A stretch of DNA of 64,000 nucleotides. It comes from Chloroflexota bacterium (GTDB taxonomy: Bacteria; Chloroflexota; Dehalococcoidia; Lucifugimonadales; JADFKI01). A model generated the notes under the pieces. That model was given only the letters and a program-made list of their open reading frames with translations. It did no database searches and was not told the origin of the DNA. Below are positions 1-9,896 of this stretch, one piece after another; position 1 is the stretch's first letter, and each line of letters starts with the position of its first letter. The stretch covers positions 32,001 to 96,000 of the forward strand of contig JAQBUT010000003.1 of NCBI GenBank assembly GCA_027623195.1, in the 5' to 3' direction. A program made the position numbers and the translations under genes.

Positions 1-294
1 CCAGGAGTGGCCCAGCACTGCCGCTTTCTCTATTCCAAGGTGGTTCAGCAGACCCACAGCGTCGGCCGACACCGATGCCCAGTCGTAGCCGGACGGCGCT
101 TGCGTGGTCTGGCCGTGGCCACGTTGGTCTGGCGCGATGATTCGGAAGTCCTTTTGTAGCAGCGGCGCAACGGTGTCGTACCAGTGGGCCGACGAGGCAA
201 GGCCGTGTAATGCCAGCACAGGCGGGCCGTCGCCACCCCAGTCCAGGTATCGCATACGTAGGTCGCGCACATCTGCCCATAGCTCTTTCGGCAT
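1..294 (-). CDS. alpha/beta fold hydrolase (3' end runs off window)
   Basis: Manual translation from ATG 294 (GGAG RBS upstream): MPKELWADV...PVLALHGLASSAHWY...APDQRGHGQT...VLGHSW; HG and DxRGHG motifs and the start of the GxSxG nucleophile elbow. Not in the ORF track because it is truncated. Confidence 0.9.
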   Translation of the reverse strand, partial: MPKELWADVRDLRMRYLDWGGDGPPVLALHGLASSAHWYDTVAPLLQKDFRIIAPDQRGHGQTTQAPSGYDWASVSADAVGLLNHLGIEKAAVLGHSW

Positions 295-564
295 TCTTAG
301 GATATCTCCGCAGTATGGTTTTCGAAATATCGGCTTGAGGGATGATATCAGAAAATTCAGTGATTTCGGCGGAGATTTAGATCCTGGAATTTTGGGACTC
401 GGTATCTCAGAATAAGCGAAATGGATCGTGGTCGACGGCATTTGACAACGTAAGAAGGCGGTCATATAGTCCGTGCAATCTTAGGATGGCCTTTTATGAA
501 ATGAATGAATTCGATGAAATCACTAGAAGCCATCTGAGAAATAAAGGATTAGAAGCTGTGTGTC

Positions 565-1035
565 ATGATTGATGCCCGTATAAGGGAAATTATCGAGAAC
601 AATACCATCGGATTTGTAGCCTCAATTACAGCGGAGGGACGCCCCACCGTATCGCCCAAGGCGACATTTGCCGTGATTGACGACCGCACCCTGGCTTTCA
701 GCAACCTGCGTTCTCCGAAGACTGTCAGGAACATTCAGCACAATCCTGCTGTTGAAGTGAACTTCATCGATGTCTTTCATCGGACTGCGGCGCGCATAAC
801 CGGGGCTGCACGATACGTTCCGAAAAAAGTAGATGCAGAGTTCGAGACACTCCTGCCCGCCTTCGAGAAGTGGTCGACGCTGGTTGACCGAATGCATGGA
901 TTCGTGGTGATATCCGTCGATCACGCGGAGTTCGTTACCTCGCCCAGTTACGACATTGGCGCAACTGGGGACGAGCTAGCCGCTACCTGGTTGGAGCATT
1001 TCACAGGTTTATTTTCAAAGGACATGCAGGTATAA
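565..1035 (+). CDS. pyridoxamine 5'-phosphate oxidase-family (FMN-binding split barrel) protein
   Basis: FVAS...GRPTVSPKAT...SPKTVRNIQHNPAVEVNFID pattern typical of the family. Confidence 0.8.
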   Translation: MIDARIREIIENNTIGFVASITAEGRPTVSPKATFAVIDDRTLAFSNLRSPKTVRNIQHNPAVEVNFIDVFHRTAARITGAARYVPKKVDAEFETLLPAFEKWSTLVDRMHGFVVISVDHAEFVTSPSYDIGATGDELAATWLEHFTGLFSKDMQV

Positions 1036-1195
1036 CGAGAATTGAGGTGCTCCCGTAGGTCTTCTCATTCAACACGGGCCATAGCCAGATTGGCTGCTCC
1101 GCAATAACTACCTGCAACGTTTATTACGTCGTCTATTGACTTACCTACACAGGTAGGGCCAATCGGAACGACGCAGGCGCGGCAGGCCAGTAGTT

Positions 1196-1474
1196 TTGCC
1201 GGGAGTGAGCTTGAGAGAATATCAGCAGAGCCAACAGGGCTACGACCGCTCTTACAGAATCAGGCGGCGTCTGGGTATATTCGTCATGTTCATGGGCGTT
1301 GGAGCGCTGATAACGACTTTCCTGGGATGGCAGGTTTCTACCATGGCGGACACCAGCACTGACTTCGCCGTACCGTTTCTGGGCTCGATAGCGGGCGTGT
1401 TTATCGGCGTGATGCTTTCCGTGGTAATACTGGTGTTCTTGAACCCCTGGATGGAAGAAGAGGACTGGAAGTAG
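1196..1474 (+). CDS. small hypothetical membrane protein (2 TM)
   Basis: 92 aa with two hydrophobic stretches and an acidic C-terminus; start codon uncertain. Confidence 0.55.
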   Translation: MPGVSLREYQQSQQGYDRSYRIRRRLGIFVMFMGVGALITTFLGWQVSTMADTSTDFAVPFLGSIAGVFIGVMLSVVILVFLNPWMEEEDWK

Positions 1475-1479
1475 TCACC

Positions 1480-2193
1480 TTAAAGACGGGCTATTACTTC
1501 CTTCTGTAACTCGAATAGCCTGTCGATGCCCTGGCCTGCGGCAGATAGCACCTTGTCCAGATGCCCCTGTGAAAAAGGCTTACCCTCTGCCGTGCCCTGA
1601 ACCTCCACGAACTCGCCTTCCCCGGTCATGACTATGTTGAAGTCACCATCCGCCTTGAAGTCCTCGTCGTAGCACAGGTCTAGCAGCACCTCGCCGTCGA
1701 GGATGCCCACGCTAGTGGCCGCCACCGCCGAATTCAAGGGTATCTGGTCTAGCTCGTCGCGCTGAACTAGCGTATGGAAGGCCTGATAAAGCGCCACGTA
1801 CGCCCCGGTGATGGACGCTGTGCGCGTTCCGCCGTCGGCCTGAATTACGTCGCAGTCCACGGTGAGAGTACGCTCTCCCAGCTTGTCCATGTCCACCACC
1901 GCCCGAAGCGACCTGCCTATCAGACGCTGAATCTCCTGAGTGCGGCCCCTGGGCGTGGTCTCCCTCTGGTTGCGCGTGTGGGTGGCGCGGGGCAGCATGG
2001 CGTATTCCGATGTGACCCATCCCTTGCCAGAGCCTCGCAGGAATGTCGGCACGCGGTTCTCCACGCTCACGGCGCACAGGACTTTCGTCATGCCGGTCTC
2101 GATAATAACGGAGCCCTCGGCGTAGGCCTGCGCCCCCAGGGTGATTGTGGTCGACCTTAACTCGTCGTTCGCTCTACCATCGCTTCGCGTCAA
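1480..2193 (-). CDS. rph: ribonuclease PH
   Basis: RSDGR...AEGS...GWVTSEYAMLPRAT...GRTQEIQRLIGRSLR...DCDVIQADGGTRTASITG...EVQGTAEG. Confidence 0.97.
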   Translation of the reverse strand: MTRSDGRANDELRSTTITLGAQAYAEGSVIIETGMTKVLCAVSVENRVPTFLRGSGKGWVTSEYAMLPRATHTRNQRETTPRGRTQEIQRLIGRSLRAVVDMDKLGERTLTVDCDVIQADGGTRTASITGAYVALYQAFHTLVQRDELDQIPLNSAVAATSVGILDGEVLLDLCYDEDFKADGDFNIVMTGEGEFVEVQGTAEGKPFSQGHLDKVLSAAGQGIDRLFELQKEVIARL

Positions 2194-2460
2194 TGTGGGC
2201 TCCCGCTCAAAAATGCCTCGGCGAGTATACCATATGCTTTTCCGATACTTCGAATGCGACCTTTGGCTTTAACTCAATGGCATTGCGTATCAGTTCCTCA
2301 TAATCAGCTCTTAAGTCTTGTCTAATGCTAAGCAGTAGTTCTTTTAGTGGCAGAGCAATTGACCGGGTGCAGCCCGATTGCTAAACTCGCCCTTTCTAGG
2401 TGGTCACAAAATCAAGTAAACTGGATTTCATTAAATTCAAAGAACTTATAGGGATAAAAC

Positions 2461-3702
2461 ATGACAGATATGCGTTTCGGTGCGTTCCTGGCGCCACACC
2501 ACCCAATAGGCGAGAACCCAACGTTGCAAATACAGAGCGATCTGGAGTTCGTGGAGCATCTCGAAAAGTTGGGGTACGACGAGTTCTGGTGCGGGGAGCA
2601 TCACTCCACTGGTTGGGAGATCATCGCTTCTCCTGAACTCTTCCTGGCTGCCGCTGCCGAGCGCACGGGCCGGATTATGCTGGGCACCGGCGTTATCTCA
2701 TTGCCTTACCACCACCCGTACATGGTCGCTCAGCGAATCGTCCAGCTCGATCACCAGTCTCGCGGCCGCGTCATATTCGGGTCCGGTCCGGGTGCGCTGC
2801 CATCCGATGCGCACACCCTGGGCATCGACCCGATGGTCCAGCGCGACAGGCAGGATGAGGCTATCGGTATCATCCGTCGCCTGTTCGAGGAAGAGGACCG
2901 GTTCAGTTACGAGTCCGACTGGTTTACCCTGCGTGACGCCAAATTGCAGCTAAAGCCACTTCAGAAGAATATGGAGTTCACCGTCGCTTCGATTGTCAGC
3001 CCTTCCGGGATGACGCTGGCGGGCAAACACGAAACAGGCGTGTTGTCGATAGGATCGCTGTCCAAGGATGGCATCAAGGCGTTGCCGTTGCAGTGGAGCT
3101 TCGCCGAGGAATCGGCAGCGAAGCATGGCAAGACGGTCGACCGCAAGAACTGGCGAATCGTGCTCAACTGGCACATCGCCGAAACGCGGGAAGAGGCACG
3201 AGCGCAGGCGGGGAAAGGCCTGATGCGTCACAACAACGAATACACTATCGGCACGCTGGCGGGCGGCGTTGGAACGATCTACAAGACCCCGGACGAAGCC
3301 GTGGACGGCGTGGCCTTCTCCGAGGAGAGCACTGCGGTCATCGGCACCCCTGATGACCTGATCGCTAGAATACGCGAGATGATGGAGCTAACCGGCGGCT
3401 TCGGCTGTGTGATAGGTTTCGTTCACGACTGGGCTAATCGCGAGGACACGCTCCGGAGTTGGGACATGGTGGCGCGTTACGTGCTTCCTGAAGTCAACGG
3501 TCTACTGGACAACTATCGGGAGTCGAACAAATTCGTAATCGCAAATCGCGGTACATGGGAACGGGCCAACGAGGCCGTAAAGAGCAAAATCCGTGATAAC
3601 GAACGAGCTGTCGCAGCGATAGGAGAAGACGAAGCCCAGGGCAGGACGGTAATTAGGGGTGGTCTTAATCTCTCGCCCGGCGTTGGAAATACTCAGCGAT
3701 AG
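2461..3702 (+). CDS. LLM-class (luciferase-like) flavin-dependent oxidoreductase
   Basis: FGAFLAPHH...GYDEFWCGEHHS...LGTGVISLPYHHP...LDHQSRGRVIFGSGPG. Confidence 0.92.
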   Translation: MTDMRFGAFLAPHHPIGENPTLQIQSDLEFVEHLEKLGYDEFWCGEHHSTGWEIIASPELFLAAAAERTGRIMLGTGVISLPYHHPYMVAQRIVQLDHQSRGRVIFGSGPGALPSDAHTLGIDPMVQRDRQDEAIGIIRRLFEEEDRFSYESDWFTLRDAKLQLKPLQKNMEFTVASIVSPSGMTLAGKHETGVLSIGSLSKDGIKALPLQWSFAEESAAKHGKTVDRKNWRIVLNWHIAETREEARAQAGKGLMRHNNEYTIGTLAGGVGTIYKTPDEAVDGVAFSEESTAVIGTPDDLIARIREMMELTGGFGCVIGFVHDWANREDTLRSWDMVARYVLPEVNGLLDNYRESNKFVIANRGTWERANEAVKSKIRDNERAVAAIGEDEAQGRTVIRGGLNLSPGVGNTQR

Positions 3703-3753
3703 GGCTGAAGCAGGGCTGTTCTATTTGGCCTAGATTCGCCGTGTGTTCACGCA

Positions 3754-6192
3754 TCATCTTTCAGATATAAGTTCCAAGGTCTTGCCATCAGAGACAAGCT
3801 CTAGCGTGCCGTCTTCTGCTGTCACGTAGGTCCGGTCTGGCGGGAGATATTGGGAAAGCCTGTCCAGTGTTTCCTGGTGGGGATGGCCGTACCTGTTGTC
3901 TGCGCCGGCCGATATCACGGCCATAGCAGGACTGACCTCGGCCAGAAAATCGGCGGTCGTTGCGTGGCGGCTGCCGTGGTGGCCGACTTTGATCACGTCG
4001 CTGTCCAGGGGAACGCTGGCGGCGAGCAGCCGTCTCTCGGACTCCTGAAACATGTCGCCTGCGAGGAGGATGGTGCGCTCGCCGTAAGTAAGTAGCAGGG
4101 CGATCGATGCGTTGTCCACATCGGACCTGGTGCCTTCCGGAAGTCGCGTCGGGGGATTCAGGACCTGAAGAGTCACGCCATCGTCAAAGTTGATGACCTG
4201 GCCAGCCAGCGCCTCCACCTCAACCGCCTCTTCCTGCTCCACAGCACGTAACCACTCCCGATAGGTTGGGCTCTCATAGTCTAACGTCCTGTGCATCACT
4301 AAACCCACCTTGTACCTACGCAGGACCTCCACTAACCCCGTTGCGTGGTCCGCATGAGGATGCGTCAGCACAAACAGGTCAATGGTTCGGTCCTCCGGGG
4401 ACATCCGCTCACCCAGGAACTGAGCGATTCTTTGCGGGTCGGGTCCGCCGTCCACCAGCACCTGATTGCCGCCGGGCGTGACGATGAACGTCGCATCACC
4501 CTGGCCAACGTCTACGAAGTACACGTGCAGTCGCGGCTCCGGTCCCGATAGCGCGGCAACCCATAGCGCTGCTGCCAGTGCGAACAGTGGCAACGCCACC
4601 CAGGTTCGATGTCTCCGAAATATATTGCGCCTTGTGCCTGGCATTGGAGAAATTTTCGTAGCCAACCTGCTCAGGCGCTCCCGAAGGGCGTCCATGTTGC
4701 TGGCTTTTCGCAGGCTGTAGGCCAGCGTCAATGCGGTATACCAAGCAACCACGAATGGGATGGCCACCTCTCCAGTATTTACTGATGCAGTTGGGACGAG
4801 TGCCAGCAATCTCACCACACCGATGACGTAGCTTGAAAACAGCCACGCGAGCCAGCCCAGAGGCGTGCCTACTGCCGGACTAATCAGCCCGCCCAGTCCT
4901 GCCAGCGCATTGGTAATGAGGACGAAGGGCATGGCGGGCAACGTTAGCAGGCTGGCCGGAATGCCCACCAGGGATACCTGTTGGAAGTAGAAGGCTACCA
5001 GCGGCACAGTGGTGATCGTGGCTGCCAACGTCACGCCGATCGTACCCAAGATGGCTGCCTTGATAGGTAGGCCTCTCCAAGCTCCGTCCTCTCCTCGCAG
5101 GGTTCTGCCTATCGGATCTGCCAGAATGGCTATGCCTGCCATTGCGGCGAAGCTAAGCTGAAACGAAATGCTCCAGATCACCTCAGGGTCGATGGCGACC
5201 ATTACGGCCGCCGCCAACGCCAGCGCGGGCAACACGTTGCGCGGCCTGCCGGATAGCAATGCCGCCAAGTACACCGTCCCCATAATGGCGGCTCGTACAG
5301 CAGAGGGTGAGGCTCCTGAAAGTAGCGCGTACAGCCAGATAAGCGCTAAGGGGGCGATGAGGTAAAGGTGTCTGCGTCGGCCCAGGATGGCCTGGCTCAG
5401 TCCCAGGCTCATGGCCAGCAATACGCCAATGTGCAGCCCAGATATGGCCAGCAGGTGGGACGTGCCCGTGGTCCTGAAGTCCTCCTCCAGGTCGGCTGGC
5501 AGGCCGTCGCGAATGCCCAGCAGCATTGACTGTCCCAGCGCTGCCTGTGGCTCCGGCATGGACCTGGCAAGCGAGAAAGCCAACCGGTGCCGTACGCCGT
5601 AAAGCCATCCGTAAAAGCGGGACCCTCCGCCCTCGGATTGAAGGCTAGCCTTGGGGAATGACATCACGGAGCCGATTCCCTGCCTTGCCAGGTACGCCGC
5701 GTAGTCGAAATTTTCCAATACAGGCGGTGGCCTTAACTCCCCTTGAAGCATGAGTTGGTCGCCGTATCGGAAGTACGGCTGGTCTCGTTGGGAGACAATG
5801 CTAAGTGGCGCTCGTAAGTTGACAAGAACGTGGCCTGCCGCGTCTTGCCATTGGCCATTGGCGAAAATCCTCTCGACTCGGAGCCGCACCCTGGTGTACG
5901 TTCCGGTGGCCTGCGGATCGCCTGCGACCACGCCCTCCAGCATTACGCCGTTAACAGAGTGATATGTGGAAAGGTGATCCGCCTCGCCGTTGTGGGAGAT
6001 TTCGTAACGCAGCGTGCCCAGTATCAACGCCACCAGCAGCAACCCTGGCAATACGGTGCGACTACTTGCGCGCAGCCATGCGGCCAAGAGCCCGGCTCCG
6101 GCCAAGAACAGACCTATCGCCATTGGCGGAACTTCCAGCCGCCAACCGATGAGCAGGCCTGCAATGAAGGCGATGGTCAGTTTGATAAGCAT
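3754..6192 (-). CDS. comEC: DNA uptake competence protein ComEC/Rec2
   Basis: OB-like N domain, competence domain HLLAISGLH and SFQLSF, C-terminal metallo-beta-lactamase DVGQGD...LTHPHADH...KVGHHGS...NRYGHPH; alternative GTG start at 6219. Confidence 0.95.
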   Translation of the reverse strand: MLIKLTIAFIAGLLIGWRLEVPPMAIGLFLAGAGLLAAWLRASSRTVLPGLLLVALILGTLRYEISHNGEADHLSTYHSVNGVMLEGVVAGDPQATGTYTRVRLRVERIFANGQWQDAAGHVLVNLRAPLSIVSQRDQPYFRYGDQLMLQGELRPPPVLENFDYAAYLARQGIGSVMSFPKASLQSEGGGSRFYGWLYGVRHRLAFSLARSMPEPQAALGQSMLLGIRDGLPADLEEDFRTTGTSHLLAISGLHIGVLLAMSLGLSQAILGRRRHLYLIAPLALIWLYALLSGASPSAVRAAIMGTVYLAALLSGRPRNVLPALALAAAVMVAIDPEVIWSISFQLSFAAMAGIAILADPIGRTLRGEDGAWRGLPIKAAILGTIGVTLAATITTVPLVAFYFQQVSLVGIPASLLTLPAMPFVLITNALAGLGGLISPAVGTPLGWLAWLFSSYVIGVVRLLALVPTASVNTGEVAIPFVVAWYTALTLAYSLRKASNMDALRERLSRLATKISPMPGTRRNIFRRHRTWVALPLFALAAALWVAALSGPEPRLHVYFVDVGQGDATFIVTPGGNQVLVDGGPDPQRIAQFLGERMSPEDRTIDLFVLTHPHADHATGLVEVLRRYKVGLVMHRTLDYESPTYREWLRAVEQEEAVEVEALAGQVINFDDGVTLQVLNPPTRLPEGTRSDVDNASIALLLTYGERTILLAGDMFQESERRLLAASVPLDSDVIKVGHHGSRHATTADFLAEVSPAMAVISAGADNRYGHPHQETLDRLSQYLPPDRTYVTAEDGTLELVSDGKTLELISER

Positions 6193-6352
6193 ATTGTTAT
6201 CCGCTGCGCGCCGCGTCACCGTTGGCGCATCAATACCGTTGAAGGCACAAAGGTTGCGCCAAGTCTAGACCTCAAAACGGCAACGGGCAAGAGGGAAATT
6301 CAGGGATACTAGAGCGTAGAAGGCCGCCTTGAGGGTGCTATAATACGGCCAT

Positions 6353-6748
6353 ATGAGCAGCCTAACGCGATATGCCCCACGGACATTCGCCATGTTGGCG
6401 GCGGTGGCTTTGCTTTTTTCAGCCGCTGGTTCGCTTATTGATCACCATTTCGCGGAATGGCAGCCAGGTCACCTGCATCTCGTTTCCTTCCAGCCGGAAG
6501 GTCATTCCCACTCCATCAACCGGCATTATCATGCGACATCAAATGGCACTTCCGACCAGCCTGTTGCCATTTATCGCTCCGATGCTGCCAGTTCGGCTGT
6601 GCCCTCAGTGACCGCAACCGACTTCCTGCTAGCCTCTCAGTTGTCCTTCGAGCCTTCTTCTCTCATCTTCTTGCCATTGGATGTCCGAAACGGGGCAGGA
6701 CAGGTCTTCGAAGCCCCTCCTGCTCACCCACCGCAAGTTAGCCTCTAG
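6353..6748 (+). CDS. exported His-rich small protein with Pro-rich C-terminus (possible regulatory leader)
   Basis: Signal/TM segment, DHHF...GHLH...GHSHSINRHYH, C-terminal EAPPAHPP; TGcTATAAT at 6336-6344 lies 8 nt before the ATG (likely leaderless). Confidence 0.65.
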   Translation: MSSLTRYAPRTFAMLAAVALLFSAAGSLIDHHFAEWQPGHLHLVSFQPEGHSHSINRHYHATSNGTSDQPVAIYRSDAASSAVPSVTATDFLLASQLSFEPSSLIFLPLDVRNGAGQVFEAPPAHPPQVSL

Positions 6749-6828
6749 CTCCTGTTTTCGTCCCCTATCAGAAACACCTCGTAATGCTGTAACGCCCTGC
6801 TGATGGGCGGGAGAGACCTAGCCTAATA

Positions 6829-7380
6829 ATGAGACGCTATCAGTCCGCGATATTCACCTTGCTGTTGGCCTTAACGATGGCTGTCACCGCCGGGAGTTTT
6901 GGCCACGCTAATGCCAACGGCAGGGTCTTAGAGTTCGACAAACGTGTTGCCGGACCCTACGAAGTGGCGGTGAGCAAGATTCCTCCTACACCGGCGGTAG
7001 GCCCCTTACATCTGACGATGACGGTTACGGAGATCGCCACCGGGGCCTCCATGATTGGTGCAGAAGTAACGGTGACGGGCGTTGGCCCAGGCTCTGCGGT
7101 AGTTGAGGTTGGCCCTCTAACGGCAACCTCAGACCTGCAGGACCCGACGTACTACGATGTGGCGATGCATGTCGATCGAGTCGGCACCTGGGTTTTCACA
7201 GTGGCCGTCAGCACAGAGTTGGGCGACGGCGCCACAGAATTTCCCATAGAGGTAGTTGAGTCCAGCCCGATCACAGGAATGGTTACTGTGGTGGTGTTGA
7301 TTGGATTTGGCCTGGTGTTGGTTCTGGCCGTGAGGGCGTTTCTGAGAGAACGAAACAAGGGCAAACGTCGTAATACTTAG
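6829..7380 (+). CDS. exported Ig-like (YtkA/FixH-like) protein with C-terminal membrane anchor
   Basis: Signal peptide, GPYEV...P.P.VG.LH...A.VTV...YY...GTW.FTV.V pattern, C-terminal TM plus basic tail. Confidence 0.6.
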   Translation: MRRYQSAIFTLLLALTMAVTAGSFGHANANGRVLEFDKRVAGPYEVAVSKIPPTPAVGPLHLTMTVTEIATGASMIGAEVTVTGVGPGSAVVEVGPLTATSDLQDPTYYDVAMHVDRVGTWVFTVAVSTELGDGATEFPIEVVESSPITGMVTVVVLIGFGLVLVLAVRAFLRERNKGKRRNT

Positions 7381-7455
7381 CGGGGATTAGTCCAGGTTCG
7401 TGCATTGGTGAAGGCCATGCCACAGGGTCTGGAATGAAAAAGGAGACGACGCAAT

Positions 7456-8187
7456 ATGCTAAGAAATTCGTTAATTCGTAATTCGCTGGTCTGGTCTGCA
7501 GTTTTGATGGCGGCCATTTTGCTTGCCGCCTGCGGTGGTGGGGCTGGCCCTCAGGCCCGGCAGTTCGACCTGGATATTGAGCACGGGGCCGTTGAACTGG
7601 AGTCCGGTGTGATAAGCGTCACCCAGGGCGACCAGGTTACGTTGAATTTTTCCGCTGATGAGGACGGGATGGTCCACCTTCACGGCTATGATATAGAGCT
7701 TGAAGTGGGACCCGAAGAGCCCACGTCCTTCGAGTTTGCCGCCGATGCCACCGGTAGGTACAACTTCACCTTTCACGAAGGCGGCGGGGACCACCACGAT
7801 GCGGACATGGACATGAGCGCCGACGTCCACGCCTCTACGTTCGAGTCCGGCATTTTAGAGGAGGGCGACACTTTTGAGTTCGAAGTGCCTCTAGATATGC
7901 ACGAGGGTTCAATCCCGTTCCACAATCACATGACTTACGATGTAACTGGCCATATCATGGTCGACGAGGGGGCCGTAGACACCGGCACAGTGAGCATCCG
8001 GGTGAAAAGCGATGGGTCTTTTTCACCTATGGAGGTTGAGGTCCAGCCAGGGACTAACGTGTTGTGGACCAACCAAGGCCCAGACAGGGCCAGGATAACC
8101 AGCGGCAACCCGCCTACCGCCCCGGACGACGACCACGATGACGACGAGGAGATCGTTCTGGGAGCCTTGGAAGTCAGGCCAAGGTGA
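7456..8187 (+). CDS. cupredoxin-like lipoprotein with His/Asp-rich loops
   Basis: Lipobox LAAC; V.QGD.V.L...HLHGYD...F.ADATGRY...H; second cupredoxin-like segment; AGGAG RBS. Confidence 0.75.
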   Translation: MLRNSLIRNSLVWSAVLMAAILLAACGGGAGPQARQFDLDIEHGAVELESGVISVTQGDQVTLNFSADEDGMVHLHGYDIELEVGPEEPTSFEFAADATGRYNFTFHEGGGDHHDADMDMSADVHASTFESGILEEGDTFEFEVPLDMHEGSIPFHNHMTYDVTGHIMVDEGAVDTGTVSIRVKSDGSFSPMEVEVQPGTNVLWTNQGPDRARITSGNPPTAPDDDHDDDEEIVLGALEVRPR

Positions 8188-8212
8188 TGAGCGGATCGGA
8201 AGGAGTTAGTTA

Positions 8213-9754
8213 ATGCGTAAGCTATTGGCGGCGCTTATCGTTGGCGCTGCGGTTGGCCTTACTGCGTCGCCGGCGCTGGCCCATGCCTTCGGAGATAGGT
8301 ACGACCTGCCCATTCCGTTGAACTTCTTTCTGGTGGGAGGCGCGGCCACCGTCGCGCTGTCTTTTGTCGTCATAGGCATATTTGTGAAGCGGGGTTCCGA
8401 CACCATAGGTTACCCGCGATACAACCTGCTGGGAGCCGGGCTGCTGGGTACTGTTTTAGGCAGCCGAGTATTCATAGGCATTGTTCGGCTGCTGGCAGTC
8501 GCGATTTTCCTGCTGGTTCTGGCAACGTCGTTGTTCGGCACTGGCAAACCTTTGGGTAACTTGTCACCTACTTTCGTCTGGATTATCTGGTGGGTCGGCA
8601 TGGGCTACATCTCGGCGCTATTTGGCAACCTGTGGATGCTGGTCAACCCCTGGAAGATAACGTTCGAATGGGCTGTGGCCCTTGTAGGCGCGGGCGAAAG
8701 ACCAGGAGAATCTTCAGGCCTGTTCAGATATCCGGAAAGCTGGGGCGTCTGGCCCGCCATAACCCTGTTCGTCATATTCGCCTGGCTGGAGAACGTCTAC
8801 ACTGGAGCAGTTGTACCCGGCCAGTTAGGGAGGCTTATCATCCTGTACTCCCTGGTAACGTGGGCAGGCATGGTGGTCTTCGGAAAGCAGGCTTGGCTTA
8901 AGCACGGTGAAGCCTTCTCCGTGTTATTCGGCTTCTTCGCACGCTTTTCGCTGACGGAGGCAAGAACAGAAGGTAATCTGTACTGCCGTGGATGCGAGTT
9001 GGGGTGCAACCTGTCCAGGAACGACTGCGTGGACTGCTATTCCTGCTTCGAGAGGGCTGAACGGGGCCAGCGCCAGTTCAACATTCGACCCTTTGCGGTC
9101 GGCCTTGCGCCCGCTGAAACGGTCTCTATGTCCACCGCCGTCTTTGTAGTGCTGGCGTTGGCAACGGTGACCTTCGATGGGCTGCAGGAGACGCCCACAT
9201 GGGTAGCAGTGCAGACCGCCGTTATCCGGTCTTTTCCTTTCCTTGGCCGCAATGCCATCGAGATTATCGACAGCCTTGGCGTGGTTCTTGTACCGGCCAT
9301 TTTCCTGGGCGTTTACATGGTATTCGCCTCCGGCATCCGACTGCTCTCCCGCGACAGCGACACCGGTACAGGCGTTGCCAGGGCATTCGTGTTCTCCCTT
9401 GTGCCGATTGCGCTGGCGTACAACATGGCCCACTTCATATCGCTATTGCTGATACAGGGTCAGCAAATAATCCCTCTTTTGTCCAACCCGTTCGGATTCG
9501 GATGGGACCTGCTGGGCACGGCGGATTATCGCGTCAACATCGGAATCATCAACGCCAAGATTGCCTGGTTCATATCTGTAGGCGCAATAGTGTTGGGACA
9601 CATCATCTCGGTTTACATAGCTCATGTGGTGGCCCTTCGGCGGGTGGCAGACCACTCACTGGCCATAAGGGGGCAGTACCCGATGCTGTTGTTGATGGTC
9701 TTCTACACAGCCACCAGTCTATGGATACTGGCCCAGCCTATCGTGGTCTCATAG
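8213..9754 (+). CDS. polytopic membrane protein with Cys cluster (resembles proteins annotated 'fenitrothion hydrolase'-like)
   Basis: AHAFGDRYDLPIPL N-terminus, WIIWWVG...NPW, TFDG, LVPIALAYNMAH, SNPFGFGWDLLGT, IVLGH...AH, QYPML; insert CRGCELGC...CVDCYSC. Confidence 0.7.
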   Translation: MRKLLAALIVGAAVGLTASPALAHAFGDRYDLPIPLNFFLVGGAATVALSFVVIGIFVKRGSDTIGYPRYNLLGAGLLGTVLGSRVFIGIVRLLAVAIFLLVLATSLFGTGKPLGNLSPTFVWIIWWVGMGYISALFGNLWMLVNPWKITFEWAVALVGAGERPGESSGLFRYPESWGVWPAITLFVIFAWLENVYTGAVVPGQLGRLIILYSLVTWAGMVVFGKQAWLKHGEAFSVLFGFFARFSLTEARTEGNLYCRGCELGCNLSRNDCVDCYSCFERAERGQRQFNIRPFAVGLAPAETVSMSTAVFVVLALATVTFDGLQETPTWVAVQTAVIRSFPFLGRNAIEIIDSLGVVLVPAIFLGVYMVFASGIRLLSRDSDTGTGVARAFVFSLVPIALAYNMAHFISLLLIQGQQIIPLLSNPFGFGWDLLGTADYRVNIGIINAKIAWFISVGAIVLGHIISVYIAHVVALRRVADHSLAIRGQYPMLLLMVFYTATSLWILAQPIVVS

Positions 9755-9831
9755 CGCTTGGGGGGAAGCTTGTCTTAATTTAAAGCTAATGAAATTGGGT
9801 GCTGGGTCCCGTATATTCGCGGGTTATTCAA

Positions 9832-9861
9832 TTGACCGCCCAACTGAATCCTGCCTATAAT
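9832..9861 (+). promoter_or_regulatory. sigma70-type promoter of the pur cluster
   Basis: TTGACC-N18-TATAAT upstream of purF. Confidence 0.6.
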
Positions 9862-9896
9862 GCAATTGCCTGGAATTATTTAGGGGATGAATAACT

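Noticed and set aside
1076..1110. GGGCCATAGCCAGATTGG resembling a tRNA 5' end (similar at 58513)
   Set aside because: No anticodon arm, T-loop GTTCGA or acceptor-stem complement follows.
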